Part shown: piece by piece, positions 28,208-37,858 of the stretch
Layout of the letters: every line of letters starts with the position of its first letter
Numbering within the stretch: position 1 is the stretch's first letter
Assembly: GCA_963711375.1 (NCBI GenBank)
Contig: CAVQDV010000002.1
Location: 12,649-76,648 of the forward strand
Reading direction: 5' to 3'
Length of the DNA stretch: 64,000 nucleotides
Origin: an uncultured Gammaproteobacteria bacterium
Lineage (GTDB): Bacteria; Pseudomonadota; Gammaproteobacteria; Coxiellales; Coxiellaceae
Translations under genes and position numbers: made by a program
The notes under the pieces: model-generated
What the model saw: only the letters and a program-made list of their open reading frames with translations
Databases searched by the model: none
What the model was told of the DNA's origin: nothing

Positions 28208-28954
28208 TTAAGCGCTCATTTTTTCTTTAAACAGCTCTAAATCTACGATGGTGTCATAGCCTACATTAAATGTGTCCTTTTCTTTTCCCATCTTAATGTT
28301 ACGCAGATTAAAGCTCTTTAATTGAGTTAAATCCGATAAATGTGTGCCGCCGCAAGGGTATTTTTTGTCTCGGCCAATTTTTACAAATCGCATTCCCTGC
28401 TTATCTTCGCTAACTTCCACAAGAAGAGAGGTATTTTTTATTGTTGCCAATCGTTGTTTTACTATATTTTCAAGAGTGTTTTTCTCGGGTAATGAATGTC
28501 CATTTAACTGCTCGGTAATTTTAGCCTGACCAGGAAAATGATTGCCGGAAGGGTGCGTATAACCCATTTCTTCTAAAACCATTCCAATAATGTGGCCCAT
28601 CGAATGGGAAGTAGCATTATTCGCCCGTTTTTCGACATTTACTTTGCACAGAACAATAGTATTGATGGGAACAACATTGATGTTATTCGCCTCAATATAA
28701 TGATTAATTTGAGTCTTGTCCGTCATATCCACGTAAACACCTGTCACATGAAATGCGCCAATAGTGCCAGTATCAGAGGGCTGTCCACCACCTTGTGGAT
28801 GAAAAATAGTTTCAGCAAGCCGTACGAAAATTCCTTTGTCATCTTGGGCAACTGAACATAATTGCGTCATATGATGCAAGCGATAAGTTGATGTCATATA
28901 CAGTTTTTTAGTGGAATTCATATGGGGGCTCCTATTCATCTTTGCATACTTCAT
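28208..28954 (-). CDS. AlaX-like alanyl-tRNA editing domain protein (Thr/Ala-tRNA synthetase second additional domain)
   Basis: TIFHPQGGGQPSDTG, HSMGH (HxxxH) and PCGGTH motifs. Confidence 0.7.
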   Translation of the reverse strand: MKYAKMNRSPHMNSTKKLYMTSTYRLHHMTQLCSVAQDDKGIFVRLAETIFHPQGGGQPSDTGTIGAFHVTGVYVDMTDKTQINHYIEANNINVVPINTIVLCKVNVEKRANNATSHSMGHIIGMVLEEMGYTHPSGNHFPGQAKITEQLNGHSLPEKNTLENIVKQRLATIKNTSLLVEVSEDKQGMRFVKIGRDKKYPCGGTHLSDLTQLKSFNLRNIKMGKEKDTFNVGYDTIVDLELFKEKMSA

Positions 28955-29008
28955 TGATTAAACGAATGAGTAATGGTAGCGTAAGCCATCCCATTCGATC
29001 AAGTAATC

Positions 29009-29515
29009 ATGAAAAAAACGACACAACATTCCAAAGCGGCCTTAGTTTGGATAATGCAGATTCTGAATGAACTCGACATCCCCTACCAAATTGCTGGTGG
29101 GCTTGCGGCAAAAGCTTATGGCGCTAGCCGGTCTTTGAATGACATCGACATTGATATTCCTGAAGATAAATTTGAAATTCTGAAAGAAAAAGTGTCTGAA
29201 TTTATTATTTTTGGTCCATCCCATTTTAAAGATGAATATTGGGATTTATTGCTAATGACTTTGAATTATCAAGGTCAAGAAATTGATTTATCCGGCGCCC
29301 ATGAGGTAAAAGTATTTAATAAATCGACTGGAAAGTGGCACAATTTTGCTACTGATTTTTCAAGAACAGTCCCCATGGAAATATTTGGCTTAAACATACC
29401 AGTCATTCGACGAGAGGAATTAGTAGCGTATAAAAAAATCTTGGCGCGTGAAGTGGATATTTCAGATATTAATGAAATTGAAAATGCCATCTTGCCCATT
29501 AAAGTAAGGTACTAA
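29009..29515 (+). CDS. Small nucleotidyltransferase, ANT(2'')-like fold
   Basis: IPYQIAGGLAAKAYGASRSLNDIDIDIP resembles the GG...DIDL signature of aminoglycoside 2''-nucleotidyltransferase-like proteins. Confidence 0.45.
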   Translation: MKKTTQHSKAALVWIMQILNELDIPYQIAGGLAAKAYGASRSLNDIDIDIPEDKFEILKEKVSEFIIFGPSHFKDEYWDLLLMTLNYQGQEIDLSGAHEVKVFNKSTGKWHNFATDFSRTVPMEIFGLNIPVIRREELVAYKKILAREVDISDINEIENAILPIKVRY

Positions 29516-29523
29516 AAACTCCT

Positions 29524-30141
29524 ATGATCGAATTATTTTTGAAAGGGCTGATAATCGGATTTGCCATAGCCGCACCCGTTGGGCCTATTGGTATACTGTG
29601 TATTCAGCGATCACTGCATGAGGGCTTCAAAATTGGGCTGATGACAGGCCTTGGCGCTGCACTGGCAGACGGCACTTATGGATTAATGGCGGGTTTTAGT
29701 TTAACCGCCGTATCGTCTTTATTAATTAGCCATCAATTTTGGATACGAATAATGGGCGGAATTTTTTTGTTGTACCTTGGCATTACATTAATGAAAGCCA
29801 GCCCAAAAAAAAATTCTTTGCAAGAGAAAGTAGACCGATCTCCCTGGCATGCTTGTGCTACAACATTTTTATTAACTTTGGCGAATCCAGCCACTATTTT
29901 GTCATTTATTGCCGTATTTGCAGGATTAGGTTTAGGCACGATTCATCCAGATTATATTCATGCGGTGATTCTTGTTATTGGCATCATACTGGGATCAGCA
30001 ATGTGGTGGCTGCTCTTAAGCGCAAGTACGGCACTTATTTTTCATCGGTTTATAAGCCTATCTTTAATGCGAATTATTAATTGGATTTCCGGCGGCATTA
30101 TGTTGCTCTTCGGTCTATTTGCCTTAAAGGTGCTGCTATGA
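29524..30141 (+). CDS. LysE/RhtB-family amino-acid exporter
   Basis: 205 aa, about six TM segments. The N-terminal GLIIGFAIAAPVGPIGILCI is typical of the LysE family. Confidence 0.75.
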   Translation: MIELFLKGLIIGFAIAAPVGPIGILCIQRSLHEGFKIGLMTGLGAALADGTYGLMAGFSLTAVSSLLISHQFWIRIMGGIFLLYLGITLMKASPKKNSLQEKVDRSPWHACATTFLLTLANPATILSFIAVFAGLGLGTIHPDYIHAVILVIGIILGSAMWWLLLSASTALIFHRFISLSLMRIINWISGGIMLLFGLFALKVLL

Positions 30142-30671
30142 GCTCACTAAAGTTTGAAACACTCAAAGAAAAAGATCTGGAACGTCTTTTTGAGTGGTTT
30201 CAAGAGCCGATCATTAATCGGTGGTACGCGAGAAATCAAGAATGGTCTCTTGATGATATAAAGAAGAAATATCTGCCAAGAATCGATGGAAAAGAAAATG
30301 TTCCGAGTTTTATTGTTTTCATAGAAGATCGACCGATTGGATTTATTCAATATTATTTACTTACTGAGAATTTTCCAGAGGGGATTGAAAACCAAAATAA
30401 CCCTTTGTTTAAGAAATTTGACTCGGAAGACATGGTTGGAATTGATCTATTTATCGCTGAAAAAATGAATCGTAACAAAGGTCTTGGTTTAGAAATTCTG
30501 ACCCTTTTTATTGGTAAATTTTTAGCTGATAAATTTAAAGTGATTATTGTCGATCCAGATAAAAAAAATAGCCAAGCCATAAAATTTTATTTGAAATCTG
30601 GATTTGAGATAACAGAGTACAGCGAAAATCAAAAGCATATTGTAATGACAAGAGTATTTGATCAATTTTAA
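30138..30671 (+). CDS. GNAT acetyltransferase, AAC(6')-like
   Basis: ATGA overlap with the LysE stop. NRNKGLGLEIL and AIKFYLKSGFE motifs. Confidence 0.55.
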   Translation: MSSLKFETLKEKDLERLFEWFQEPIINRWYARNQEWSLDDIKKKYLPRIDGKENVPSFIVFIEDRPIGFIQYYLLTENFPEGIENQNNPLFKKFDSEDMVGIDLFIAEKMNRNKGLGLEILTLFIGKFLADKFKVIIVDPDKKNSQAIKFYLKSGFEITEYSENQKHIVMTRVFDQF

Positions 30672-30798
30672 AGTATGAATTGCTAGAAAATAAGAATGCG
30701 GCAATCGGGTAAGTTTTGATTTAGTCGCGTGCTTCAAATTTCGATTTCTCCTGTTTCGGAAATTGAAATTAATATTTCCGGGGTTCCCCAATTTTTAC

Positions 30799-31815
30799 CT
30801 AATGGTGAGGGGCAGAGCTCACAATATTGACTATTTTTTCTTTGTGAGAAATTAGAGATTTCCAGAAATCGAAAAGTAGAGTCCGTTTGTTGCCGAATAA
30901 AAAAGCATGGCTTTGAGTTTCATTCAAGCATGCTGGTAAGCCCAAGGAAATTATTTTTTGTAAATCGACAATATAATCAGGTTCTTTATCTTGCAAACGT
31001 AATTTATGCACTATTTTACGATCCTTTAAATTACTTGAGGGGAAGAAGCCAAATTTTTGATAAAGAGGCTTAGCGGAATCCGTAAATAAAATCCATTCGG
31101 TCACTTTTTCTAATTTTGGGTGCTTGAAAATATGTTCCATCAAAAGGCTTGCAATACCTTGTTTTCGACAAGATTCATCTACTGCGACATCCCATAGTGA
31201 AGCAAAATTATTTTTGTTTGTGCAAACACGTGCAAAAGCCACGATTTTATTTTCTCTCGTAGCAATAAAACAAAAGGAGTTCTTTAATATAAGCTCGAAA
31301 ACTTCTTGAGATGAGTTTTGCCTCCAATAAGCATTTTTCTTGAGCAATAAGAAGGCTTCCTTAGATTGCTCTTCAGAAAGACGGTCACTAATAACAAGCT
31401 CTTTAGGCTCCGTCGCTACAAAAGTAAAATGGCCTTTTGGACGAATCATAATTTCATCTTCGATGTCAGTGCCTTTTCCTTGATCGAAGTGAAATTTAAG
31501 AGCAATTTCTTTTAAATTTAGAGGCACATCTAAAATAAATCTAAATTCAAGTTTTCTAACGGAACTCGGAAATTTTATCAAAAATTTGAGCAGAACTTCA
31601 CCCAATTTTCGCCCATTGGGAAATACATGATTGACATGATCATTATGCACTTCGATGTGTGTAATACAAGAGACATCAACTTGATCAGTGACGAGTCGTG
31701 CATTACCAACTGGAAGATCATTTTTAAAAATTGATACGTCAATATCGTCTTGATCGGTTTTAACCCTCAATTCGTAAGCATCGCCAAGAGCCCAAATGGC
31801 GTTATTGTTTCTCAC
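30799..31815 (-). CDS. Two-domain protein with a C-terminal GNAT acetyltransferase domain
   Basis: VAVDESCRKQGIASLLMEHIF and PLYQKFGF motifs. The N-terminal ~170 aa were not recognised. Confidence 0.6.
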   Translation of the reverse strand: MRNNNAIWALGDAYELRVKTDQDDIDVSIFKNDLPVGNARLVTDQVDVSCITHIEVHNDHVNHVFPNGRKLGEVLLKFLIKFPSSVRKLEFRFILDVPLNLKEIALKFHFDQGKGTDIEDEIMIRPKGHFTFVATEPKELVISDRLSEEQSKEAFLLLKKNAYWRQNSSQEVFELILKNSFCFIATRENKIVAFARVCTNKNNFASLWDVAVDESCRKQGIASLLMEHIFKHPKLEKVTEWILFTDSAKPLYQKFGFFPSSNLKDRKIVHKLRLQDKEPDYIVDLQKIISLGLPACLNETQSHAFLFGNKRTLLFDFWKSLISHKEKIVNIVSSAPHH

Positions 31816-32002
31816 TGGAATGACCTCACTATTGAATTAAATTTTCGCCATTTTAAATTAGCTTGCCGCTATCATCAAGACTTTCTAGTCATTACTAGCA
31901 ATTTTTGGGTCGCCGCTAAGTGAATTGCTTGGGCAGAGGCAAATTAAATCTTGCGTAGGGATCAAAAAATTTCCTGAGTATAATGCTTATATTGCGAAGC
32001 CT

Positions 32003-32674
32003 TTAAGGGCATTCAACGTTGCCACTCAATAAATCAGAAAATCCATTTACGATTTTATCAGCTTGACGAAGTTGATCTCGATTATGCGTTGTTAAAAGGG
32101 CAATGACAAACATACCCGCTTTTTTAGCGGCGTTTACTCCATGGGGAGAGTCTTCTATTACAACACATTTGAAGGGGGGAACTTTTAAACGCTCAGCGGC
32201 GAGTAGATAACCTTCTGGTGAAGGTTTCCCATTTTGGACATTATCTGCCGTGATGATGGTGTGAAAATAAGGCATTAATTTACCACCATTTAATTTAACA
32301 AGTGCAGAGTTGATTTTTTTTGTTGAGGCTCCACTACAAATCGCTAGCGATTTTTTTGAGTTTAAAAGAAAATTAATATAAAGATCCGCATCGGAAATCA
32401 GAGGTAAGTCAACTTTATCGTTAAGAATTTCCGTATAGAATGCGATTTTTCTTTCAATAAACAATTCAATTTCAGAAAGAGAAGCATTCAAACCTTTATT
32501 TTTCAATAATTTTGGAAAAATTTCTTTATCTGATAATCCAATATATTTTCCCATATATTCAGGGTGAGAAATAGTTAAGCCGATTTCATTTAAAACATGA
32601 GAATAAGCCTCAAAATGAATTGGCTCACTATCTAAAATCACCCCATCAAAATCAAAAATGACTGCTTCAAACAT
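32003..32674 (-). CDS. HAD-superfamily hydrolase (beta-phosphoglucomutase-like subfamily)
   Basis: VIFDFDGVILDSEP (DxDG), GKPSPEGY and VIEDSPHGV motifs. Confidence 0.8.
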   Translation of the reverse strand: MFEAVIFDFDGVILDSEPIHFEAYSHVLNEIGLTISHPEYMGKYIGLSDKEIFPKLLKNKGLNASLSEIELFIERKIAFYTEILNDKVDLPLISDADLYINFLLNSKKSLAICSGASTKKINSALVKLNGGKLMPYFHTIITADNVQNGKPSPEGYLLAAERLKVPPFKCVVIEDSPHGVNAAKKAGMFVIALLTTHNRDQLRQADKIVNGFSDLLSGNVECP

Positions 32675-32683
32675 AAAAGAGCT

Positions 32684-33103
32684 TTAACGATTCTTGAGGG
32701 GTTGGAATTGTTCGTCAACTGCAACCTGGTAGCCAGTGACAAGCTTATTCGTTTCATTGGCTTTGCCAATTACAGCTTGCAATTCCTGAAACATGGCCTC
32801 AGTCATCCCTTTTTTAAAGGCCGAAGTAGTATGCGAAGCAATGCAATACTGACAATTGTTTGTCACGCTTACCGCGATATAAATGAGTTCTTTGGTGAGT
32901 GGATCGAGTGCGCCAGGGCCCATGATTTTCTTGAGACTCTCCCAGGTGCGCTTAAGCATTTCGGGATCGTGAGCGATGGCCTTCCAGAAATTGTTAATCC
33001 AATCCGTCTTGCGCGTGGCCATGATGTCATCATAAATTTCGTGAACTTCCGGGCTCGCATCTTGGTATTCTATCAGTCCAAATGTTGCCATTGAATTCTC
33101 CAA
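32684..33103 (-). CDS. Carboxymuconolactone decarboxylase/AhpD-like family protein
   Basis: The NCQYCIASH (CxxC...H) context is typical of the CMD family. Confidence 0.7.
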   Translation of the reverse strand: MENSMATFGLIEYQDASPEVHEIYDDIMATRKTDWINNFWKAIAHDPEMLKRTWESLKKIMGPGALDPLTKELIYIAVSVTNNCQYCIASHTTSAFKKGMTEAMFQELQAVIGKANETNKLVTGYQVAVDEQFQPLKNR

Positions 33104-33227
33104 GTGTAAACGTGAAAATGAGGTGGAAACGTTAGCAAAAATCAGTAATCAGCACAAGCGAAAAGATATTCACGGGGCTCATGATAAGTATTTGAAAGCT
33201 TTACTGCAATAAGGCTTATCCATTGAG

Positions 33228-33863
33228 TTATTCTTCGTTTTTAATGGCTACACCCTTGATACTTGGGCGGACAATGGCCGGAACACCGCGTATGCTTTGT
33301 CTGCTTATTTCCTCGAATTTAAATCCTGAATTTATAATTGCTTCTTCCGTTTGGCGCGCTAAGTGGCATCCACAAGCTATTATTTTCCAAATAGGCTGAA
33401 GTCTCAATTGCCACTTTAGACGTTTAGGATTATTACTAGCAGCGACATGCTCAATAAAAATAAGCTTTCCTCTTGGTTTCAAAATACGATGAATTTCGGA
33501 TAATGCTTTTTTTAAGTCTTTAACTGAGCATAGCACTAAGGTGCTTACGACAGAATCGCAAGAAGCATCAGGGAGCGGAATCGATTCCGCACTACAATTT
33601 AAAACCTCAATTTTAGGCTGGTTTTTGGCTGTTATTTTCTCCTGCATTTTAGCACGCATTCTAGCATCCGGCTCAACGAGGAAAAGATGTTCTATTGCAT
33701 CAGGATAATGATTTAAATTTAGACCTGTTCCAGATCCGATTTCTAAAACATCACCAGACAAATGACTAAGCAGGGCCTTGCGCCAATCTTGCAGACATTT
33801 TGCTTCGGCATCTTGCATTATTTTGTCATAGTATTTGGCCATCAACCACGAAAAAAAAGACAT
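33228..33863 (-). CDS. Class I SAM-dependent methyltransferase
   Basis: Motif I VLEIGSGTGLNL, post-I motif and KPRGKLIFIEH. Confidence 0.8.
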   Translation of the reverse strand: MSFFSWLMAKYYDKIMQDAEAKCLQDWRKALLSHLSGDVLEIGSGTGLNLNHYPDAIEHLFLVEPDARMRAKMQEKITAKNQPKIEVLNCSAESIPLPDASCDSVVSTLVLCSVKDLKKALSEIHRILKPRGKLIFIEHVAASNNPKRLKWQLRLQPIWKIIACGCHLARQTEEAIINSGFKFEEISRQSIRGVPAIVRPSIKGVAIKNEE

Positions 33864-34168
33864 AATAACTCTTCCATATTAATCCTCTTTAATGTGAGCA
33901 GCAATTTTCTCAATGCCTAGATTTCTGGTGAAGAGTCTTCTAAAGGAATACGATTCCCAGAATCAGAGGATAATTAAAATTAAAGTAGTTTGATGGGGAT
34001 TGTTCCAAAACTCTTTACCCATACTTTCCACATCATTTATCAAATGAGCAATAAAACATCTGAATTCCACGTTATGCTCTCAGGGCTTAATCTACACTCA
34101 AGCACTTTGAATGTCGAGGCTTCAGAGTAGAATTTTTGGGCAGGACCATCCTCTTGTTTCTCAAAATT

Positions 34169-34519
34169 TTATTCATTTAAAATAATCATCAGATATTTTC
34201 TTAAACCTTCACTGGCGGCTCGAGTGATATGTCCTTGTCCGCTGGTATCTTCAGCTAATAGAATATCGCCTTCATTAAAAATGCGTTTACTACCATCGCC
34301 AATTTCAATTTCCATGGAGCCTTGTAGCATAATAATATATTGTCGGAATGGCGGATTATGCCAGGGGGTGTCTTTCAGGTCTTCAATTTCCCCAAACATT
34401 ACGCTACTCACGGCTGATGAGTCGGTTGTTTTCCCAAATTCGGCTTTTTTAAGTGGCATTTCCAGATCTTGAAAATGTGATTTTTTGTCAAGTCCAGTAA
34501 ATAATCGTGTTAATTTCAC
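34169..34519 (-). CDS. Small cupin-like protein
   Basis: 116 aa. The beta-rich GDGSKRIFNEGDILLAEDTSGQGH segment resembles a cupin barrel. Weak call. Confidence 0.35.
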   Translation of the reverse strand: MKLTRLFTGLDKKSHFQDLEMPLKKAEFGKTTDSSAVSSVMFGEIEDLKDTPWHNPPFRQYIIMLQGSMEIEIGDGSKRIFNEGDILLAEDTSGQGHITRAASEGLRKYLMIILNE

Positions 34520-34690
34520 GCCTTATTCTCCTTTACTTAGTTACTACATATTTGGCCTAATCATATCTCTGTTTGTCCTTTCCTGCTAGCAGATAAGCCT
34601 TAGAGCCGGGTTTTAGGTATCACTGGCATTGACAGGTATATACATCATTGCTAGCATTTGGCCTTAAAACCCATATTCCAAGGAAATAAA

Positions 34691-35119
34691 ATGAAACAAT
34701 ATTTAGCTATTTTTGCTGTTTTTTTAGCTCCTTCCATCAGTTTGGCTGCTGGCCAATCCGAAAATACTAGCTTGCATTATACAAACCAGCGTGGATCTGA
34801 ACTTACTATCACCCTTCACAAAGAATCTAGAAATGCAGGGACAGTGACGGGTACGTTTAAAACTGCAGTTGCCGGTAAAGACTGTCAGCGTGCTGTGGGG
34901 AAATCCGAATCCGTCACCGGCTTTTATGCAGGAAATGCGATTACCTTAAGTATCAGCTATCCGCACTGTGGATCTGCTGTCGCAATTGTGGGAAATTTTG
35001 ATAAGAAAAATAATATTGAAACCATGTGGATGCTCGCAAAACAAGGTCGTGATAGTGATGGCGAAAATTGGAATAATCGCCTAGTCGGCTACGACAAATA
35101 TCAAATTATTCCTAAATGA
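34691..35119 (+). CDS. Secreted avidin/streptavidin-family protein (divergent)
   Basis: Signal peptide MKQYLAIFAVFLAPSISLAAG. YTNQRGSELTITL..GTVTGTFKTAVAG..VTGFY..IETMWMLA..ENWNNRLVGYDKY aligns by eye to the streptavidin core (WYNQLGSTFIVT..LTGTYESAVG..INTQWLL..NAWKSTLVGHDTF). Confidence 0.6.
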   Translation: MKQYLAIFAVFLAPSISLAAGQSENTSLHYTNQRGSELTITLHKESRNAGTVTGTFKTAVAGKDCQRAVGKSESVTGFYAGNAITLSISYPHCGSAVAIVGNFDKKNNIETMWMLAKQGRDSDGENWNNRLVGYDKYQIIPK

Positions 35120-36141
35120 TTGTATTACTGCCTTACGATCCAAAATGGAAAGGATTGTTTGAAGAAGAGAAATTAAACATTCAGGCTTCTCTGGGTGATA
35201 TTGTCGCTAATATTGAGCATATTGGTAGCACGGCCATTCCAGGTATTCACGCAAAGCCTGTTATTGATATACTCATTGGTGTTAATGATTTAGATTCTTT
35301 TACTGAAGAGCACATTAAAAAGCTTAATGTATTGGGATATTATTACCAGCCTCTGTTTGAAAATGAATTTCCAAACCGGCGCTATTTTTTCAAAAATAAT
35401 GAGTCTGGAAATCGAACGCATCAAATTCATTTGGTGAATTATCCTTCTTCGTGGTGGATTCGTCATATTTTGTTTCGAGACTATATGAGAGCTTATCCAA
35501 AAGCGGCGCTCGATTATGAAAAACATAAATTTGTTTTAGCAAATGAACTTGAAGATACGCTGAGCTATGCCAAAGCGAAAACGAATTTTTGTGAAGGCAT
35601 TTTTCAGCGAGCCTTTTTTGATTTTAACATTCATCGCCCTGCTGTCATCACCGATCGTCTTTATGGCTATATTCCACAAATAGCTTGTTTTGAGGTGTAT
35701 AAAGCAATGTTTCAGGATCCCGATTTTGTTCGGTGTTTTGGGATTAAGCTCAATGATGAAAAAATAGAATCTATCTTAAAACGAGATTCTACCTATTGGG
35801 ATGCTTTTCGATTTGGTCCCTATGTTTGGTTTGAAAAAGAGACACATGAGTTTGTAGGGGAGGGCGGTTTAAATCATACCTTCGTTGAAGGTAAGCCTGA
35901 AATTGAACTCACCTATTCACTTTCAAAAAAATATTGGGGAAAAGGTTTTGCCTTTGAAATAGGGCGGCAGGCAATTAAGGAGGCCTTTACAATGCTTGGA
36001 CTTGATCATCTGGTTTGTTTTACCATGCCAAGCAATACGCAATCGCTGCGCGTCATGGAAAAACTCGGTTTTGCTTATGTTAAAGAGTTCACTCATGCTG
36101 ATTTACCCCATGTTTTAATGAGGCTGTCCAATATTAACTAA
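35116..36141 (+). CDS. GrpB-domain (UPF0157) protein fused to a C-terminal GNAT (RimJ/RimL-like) domain
   Basis: The N-terminal YDPKWKGLFEEE...IEHIGSTAIPGIHAKPVIDIL is GrpB-like. C-terminal YWGKGFAFEIGRQAI...MEKLGF. ATGA overlap with the avidin-like gene. Confidence 0.65.
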   Translation: MIVLLPYDPKWKGLFEEEKLNIQASLGDIVANIEHIGSTAIPGIHAKPVIDILIGVNDLDSFTEEHIKKLNVLGYYYQPLFENEFPNRRYFFKNNESGNRTHQIHLVNYPSSWWIRHILFRDYMRAYPKAALDYEKHKFVLANELEDTLSYAKAKTNFCEGIFQRAFFDFNIHRPAVITDRLYGYIPQIACFEVYKAMFQDPDFVRCFGIKLNDEKIESILKRDSTYWDAFRFGPYVWFEKETHEFVGEGGLNHTFVEGKPEIELTYSLSKKYWGKGFAFEIGRQAIKEAFTMLGLDHLVCFTMPSNTQSLRVMEKLGFAYVKEFTHADLPHVLMRLSNIN

Positions 36142-36170
36142 AAAATATTTTAATGTAAGGAAAAAGCGTA

Positions 36171-36881
36171 ATGACTATTCTAGATATTAAAAACTTAAAA
36201 TGTATTGATCTCACGCATACTTTGTCTCCCAATATTCCACATTGGAGCGGTAGCTGTGGTTTTTCACTTAAATCTGTTTGCGATTATTCTGATTCCACTC
36301 AGGGTACTGCGTTTCGCGTTCAGTCTATCGAAATGTCTGCGGGCATAGGAACGCATATGGATGCTCCCGCACATTGCATTCCTGGTGGCGCTGACATTGC
36401 AAGGCTTCCAATTGAGCAACTCATTGCCTCTTGTGTGGTCATCGATGTCTCAGCAAAAGCGCATGAAAGCTACCAGATCATAGCTGATGATATTCAAGAT
36501 TTTGAGGAGAAATATGGCGATATTTCTAAAAATTCTTTTGTGATTTTTCGAACGGGGTGGGATCAATTTTGGAACGCTCCGGAAAAATATCGCAACCATT
36601 TGCGATTCCCAACCATTTCCGCGCAGGCTGCCGAATGGCTGCTTTTAAGGGAGATTGTGGGACTTGGTATTGATACGTTGAGCCCTGATAATGGCGCTGA
36701 TGGTTTCCCAGTGCATGAATTAATTTTAGGAGCAGGTAAATACATAGTTGAAAACGTTGCAAATGCTGGGCTAATTCCACCTGTTGGTGCGTATACTGTT
36801 GCATTACCCATTAAAATCGGAAAAGGCACAGAGGCTCCCATTCGTTTAGTTGCAATGGTACCGGGTCTGCTAGTGGTTTAG
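36171..36881 (+). CDS. Cyclase-family protein (kynurenine formamidase-like)
   Basis: GTHMDAPAHC motif; size 236 aa. Confidence 0.6.
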   Translation: MTILDIKNLKCIDLTHTLSPNIPHWSGSCGFSLKSVCDYSDSTQGTAFRVQSIEMSAGIGTHMDAPAHCIPGGADIARLPIEQLIASCVVIDVSAKAHESYQIIADDIQDFEEKYGDISKNSFVIFRTGWDQFWNAPEKYRNHLRFPTISAQAAEWLLLREIVGLGIDTLSPDNGADGFPVHELILGAGKYIVENVANAGLIPPVGAYTVALPIKIGKGTEAPIRLVAMVPGLLVV

Positions 36882-36898
36882 GTAAGAGGTTTAAAAAA

Positions 36899-37819
36899 AT
36901 GCCTGTTGATGAAAATAAATATCGTATTGTAGCGGTTGATGACAGTTATCACGATACGGGCTGTGTTTATGTGAAAATCCAACGGGTGGGACATAGCCAA
37001 ACGTTTAATCGACCAGTCAAAGAACTCTATCAAAAAGAATGGCTGGAGGCTTTCTCGAAAGAAGATGTAGCTCATATTGCGGCACTTTTTACCGCCGAGC
37101 ATACCCATAATTTATCGCTCATCAAAAAATTTCCACTAAAAAATTCTTCTACCAAGGCTAGTATTGTCATTGTGGGTATTTTATTTACGGCATTTTTAAT
37201 TTTGTCTAACTTAACGGCTTTTAAATTAGTGCAATATGCTGGGCTGATATTTCCTGCTGGGCTTATATTTTTTCCCATCACGTATATTTTCGATGATATT
37301 TTAACCGAAGTGTATGGTTTTAAAGTGAGTAGAAGAGTGATCTGGACAGCTTTAGTAGCGAATGCGATTATCGTGTTGGGAACCTTAGCCACTATTTACT
37401 TAAATCCTGCACCTTATTGGCATGATCAAGGTGCTTACGCGTTAATTTATCAGGCGGTCCCTCGGGTTCTCATTGCGTCGATGTTTGGCTATCTTGTTGG
37501 AGAATTTACGAATTCCATAATTTTAGCAAAATTAAAAATACTAACTTCAGGACGTTATTTCTGGCTAAGAGCGATATCCAGCACGGCCATCGGTGTTGGT
37601 ATTGATACGGTTATTTTCATTCACATCGCGTTTCTATTGACCGTGCCTTACTATCTCATTTGGAAAATTATATTGAGTATGTATTTTTTTAAGGTCCTCT
37701 ATGAAACGCTCGCACTGCCCATTACTTTTAAACTCTCTCAGTATTTAAAACGTAAAGATAATGTTGATCACTATGACCTCGAAACAAAATTTAATCCTTT
37801 TTCCGTGGCCGTAGATTGA
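36899..37819 (+). CDS. VUT/YhhQ-family (queuosine-precursor transporter-like) membrane protein with an extra ~80-aa N-terminal domain
   Basis: FPAGLIFFPITYIFDDILTEVYGFKVSRRVIW and later helices match the YhhQ/DUF165 pattern. The N-terminal soluble extension was not recognised. Confidence 0.65.
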   Translation: MPVDENKYRIVAVDDSYHDTGCVYVKIQRVGHSQTFNRPVKELYQKEWLEAFSKEDVAHIAALFTAEHTHNLSLIKKFPLKNSSTKASIVIVGILFTAFLILSNLTAFKLVQYAGLIFPAGLIFFPITYIFDDILTEVYGFKVSRRVIWTALVANAIIVLGTLATIYLNPAPYWHDQGAYALIYQAVPRVLIASMFGYLVGEFTNSIILAKLKILTSGRYFWLRAISSTAIGVGIDTVIFIHIAFLLTVPYYLIWKIILSMYFFKVLYETLALPITFKLSQYLKRKDNVDHYDLETKFNPFSVAVD

Positions 37820-37842
37820 AGGCGATAAGGATAGTCTAGCTC

Positions 37843-37858
37843 GCAAAATTGTCATACT
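37843..37858. repeat. 16-bp target-site duplication, left copy (GCAAAATTGTCATACT)
   Basis: An identical 16-mer lies at 39621-39636, directly outside the imperfect terminal IRs. Confidence 0.7.
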
